Below are positions 62,559-64,000 of a stretch of DNA of 64,000 nt, one piece after another; the first letter of the stretch is position 1, and the number at the start of each line of letters is the position of its first letter. The DNA is taken from NCBI GenBank assembly GCA_035084275.1, contig CM068757.1, positions 4,030,001 to 4,094,000 of the forward strand. The letters are read 5' to 3'. The notes beneath the pieces are model-generated. The model was given only the letters and a program-made list of their open reading frames with translations. It was not told the origin of the DNA and did not search any database. The translations under genes were made by a program, and so were the position numbers. This DNA is from Hydrolagus colliei. Lineage: Eukaryota.

Positions 62559-64000
62559 ATTGCCTCCAGCTTTCTTTGTTTATTCAATAGTTTGAGCCAA
62601 TAACAATTATTCACAAATAATTTTCAAATCAAAATTTGTGACGTACTCTGGACACTTTCAATTCTAATTCCCAAGATGTTTGAAATATTTTAGATGGTCA
62701 GTGAGATACTATAGATCTTTCTGCCATTTGCATCATAAATTGTAATTACCTAATTTCCATTTCAAATGTCTTTAGCACAATTTTTAAATAAAGCAATGTG
62801 TATAATGTGTACCTATGGAAATTTCATGGTAAAATAATGTACAATGATTTAATAATTCATCATCCAGTGGTGATTACACAAACTGTTAATGCCCTTGTAC
62901 AAATGGCTTCGTCTTTCAGACCTGGTATTGATTCTAATTTTCCGCAGTACACGTTGCGAGTTGACATCCACGTCCTTCCTTACCCAGAGCCGAGAGAATG
63001 AGACTATTCTTTAAGTGATGGGTATTATCTAAGGGCAAGACTGTTTTTCTTCACCATTCCCGGCTGAGTTTGGCTGATTTCAGGCATAGAACAATGTTGA
63101 ACTCAACTGGTAGTATGCGCGATTGACTCCCAATGGGACGAATTTCCTTTATTCCACTGGGGAACCGATGGTGCCCTTCTAGCTCTTTGTACAGTGACTG
63201 GACTAAACACTACATTGCACCACATCCATAGAAATCTCCTTTCAACCAGAAGACAACTCCCGTTAGCAGTTCAGGCCTGTAACTTTCAGTTTTAACCATC
63301 CTACCTTGATGACTGGGACTAAGCCTAACCTTAACCCTTCCTCTTTTCTACATGCACTCCAAAAAGGAGTAAATGAAAAGCAGATGGATGCCACTGTACT
63401 TCTGAAAAGACTTCCAGACTCCTCGTGTTTACTTCACCATAGGATTGATTACGTCAATATTGCAGTTAACCAGTTTGAAAATGTTTTCTCTCTGAACTGA
63501 TGATTCGAAAGGTGCAGTACAAATTAGACGTGAAGTGCATTCTAACCCAATGAGGAGGTGGTTCCAGGAATCACATTTGTGTCAGAAGCTGCGATAATTC
63601 TAATTTAAATCTATTTGAAAGTTCGCATTTTTCAAAGGTGCATTGATCACTCAACTGGGTCTTTAGTATTTTTTTTAAATGCGCAAATTAATGGAGATCA
63701 TGGAGCTAATGTGAGCGATATCAGTACAGCAAGTATAAACCTGCACCCATGCCTATGCTGGAAGAGGGTGAGTGTTTGGGCTTATTTGAGCTGGAAAGTG
63801 TCCAGTAAAGTCATTATCTATATACAGTATTTGTTTTCCTTTTTTTATTTATTGAAAAAAACTTATTTCGGCCTTCATCTTCTCTGCTCCTCCCCAAGAT
63901 TTAAAAAAAAGCCAAACTACCTTTATATTGATTTAATAAAAGTTAAACTAGCCATATGGTTTGTTAATTTGCTCTCTTTAGAAAGTAAAATCAAAAAGAA

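Noticed and set aside
63055-63090. Second AmnSINE2-like word GCTGAGTTTGGCTGATTTCAG
   Set aside because: Too short to distinguish from chance without an HMM search.

Overview
AT-rich vertebrate genomic DNA, very likely from a cartilaginous fish; the repeat families suggest a chimaera such as Callorhinchus, but this is inference. The only protein-coding gene I can support is the 5' part of EXT2 (exostosin glycosyltransferase 2) on the + strand. It has seven coding exons between 32781 and 59055, with canonical GT-AG borders, correct phases and lengths (536/90/117/196/140/94/132 nt) matching human EXT2 exons 2-8 as I recall them; the gene continues past the window end. A CpG-rich segment near 24.9-25.8 kb is the likely promoter and non-coding exon 1. 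It is followed by a TG/CA satellite containing a 154-nt assembly gap. The rest is intergenic or intronic and dense with retroposons: tRNA-derived DeuSINE-type SINEs, L2 and CR1 LINE remnants, AmnSINE2-like and LF-SINE-like ancient SINEs, a probable decayed DIRS1 tyrosine-recombinase retroelement, and a Penelope-type palindrome carrying two inverted, degenerate hammerhead-ribozyme cores. Almost all short ORFs in the supplied track are spurious. I see no evidence of a wholly new multi-gene system; the most interesting signals are in repeat-derived RNA structure and EXT2 5'/splice regulation. Repeat family names come from my recollection of consensus sequences, not from a database search.
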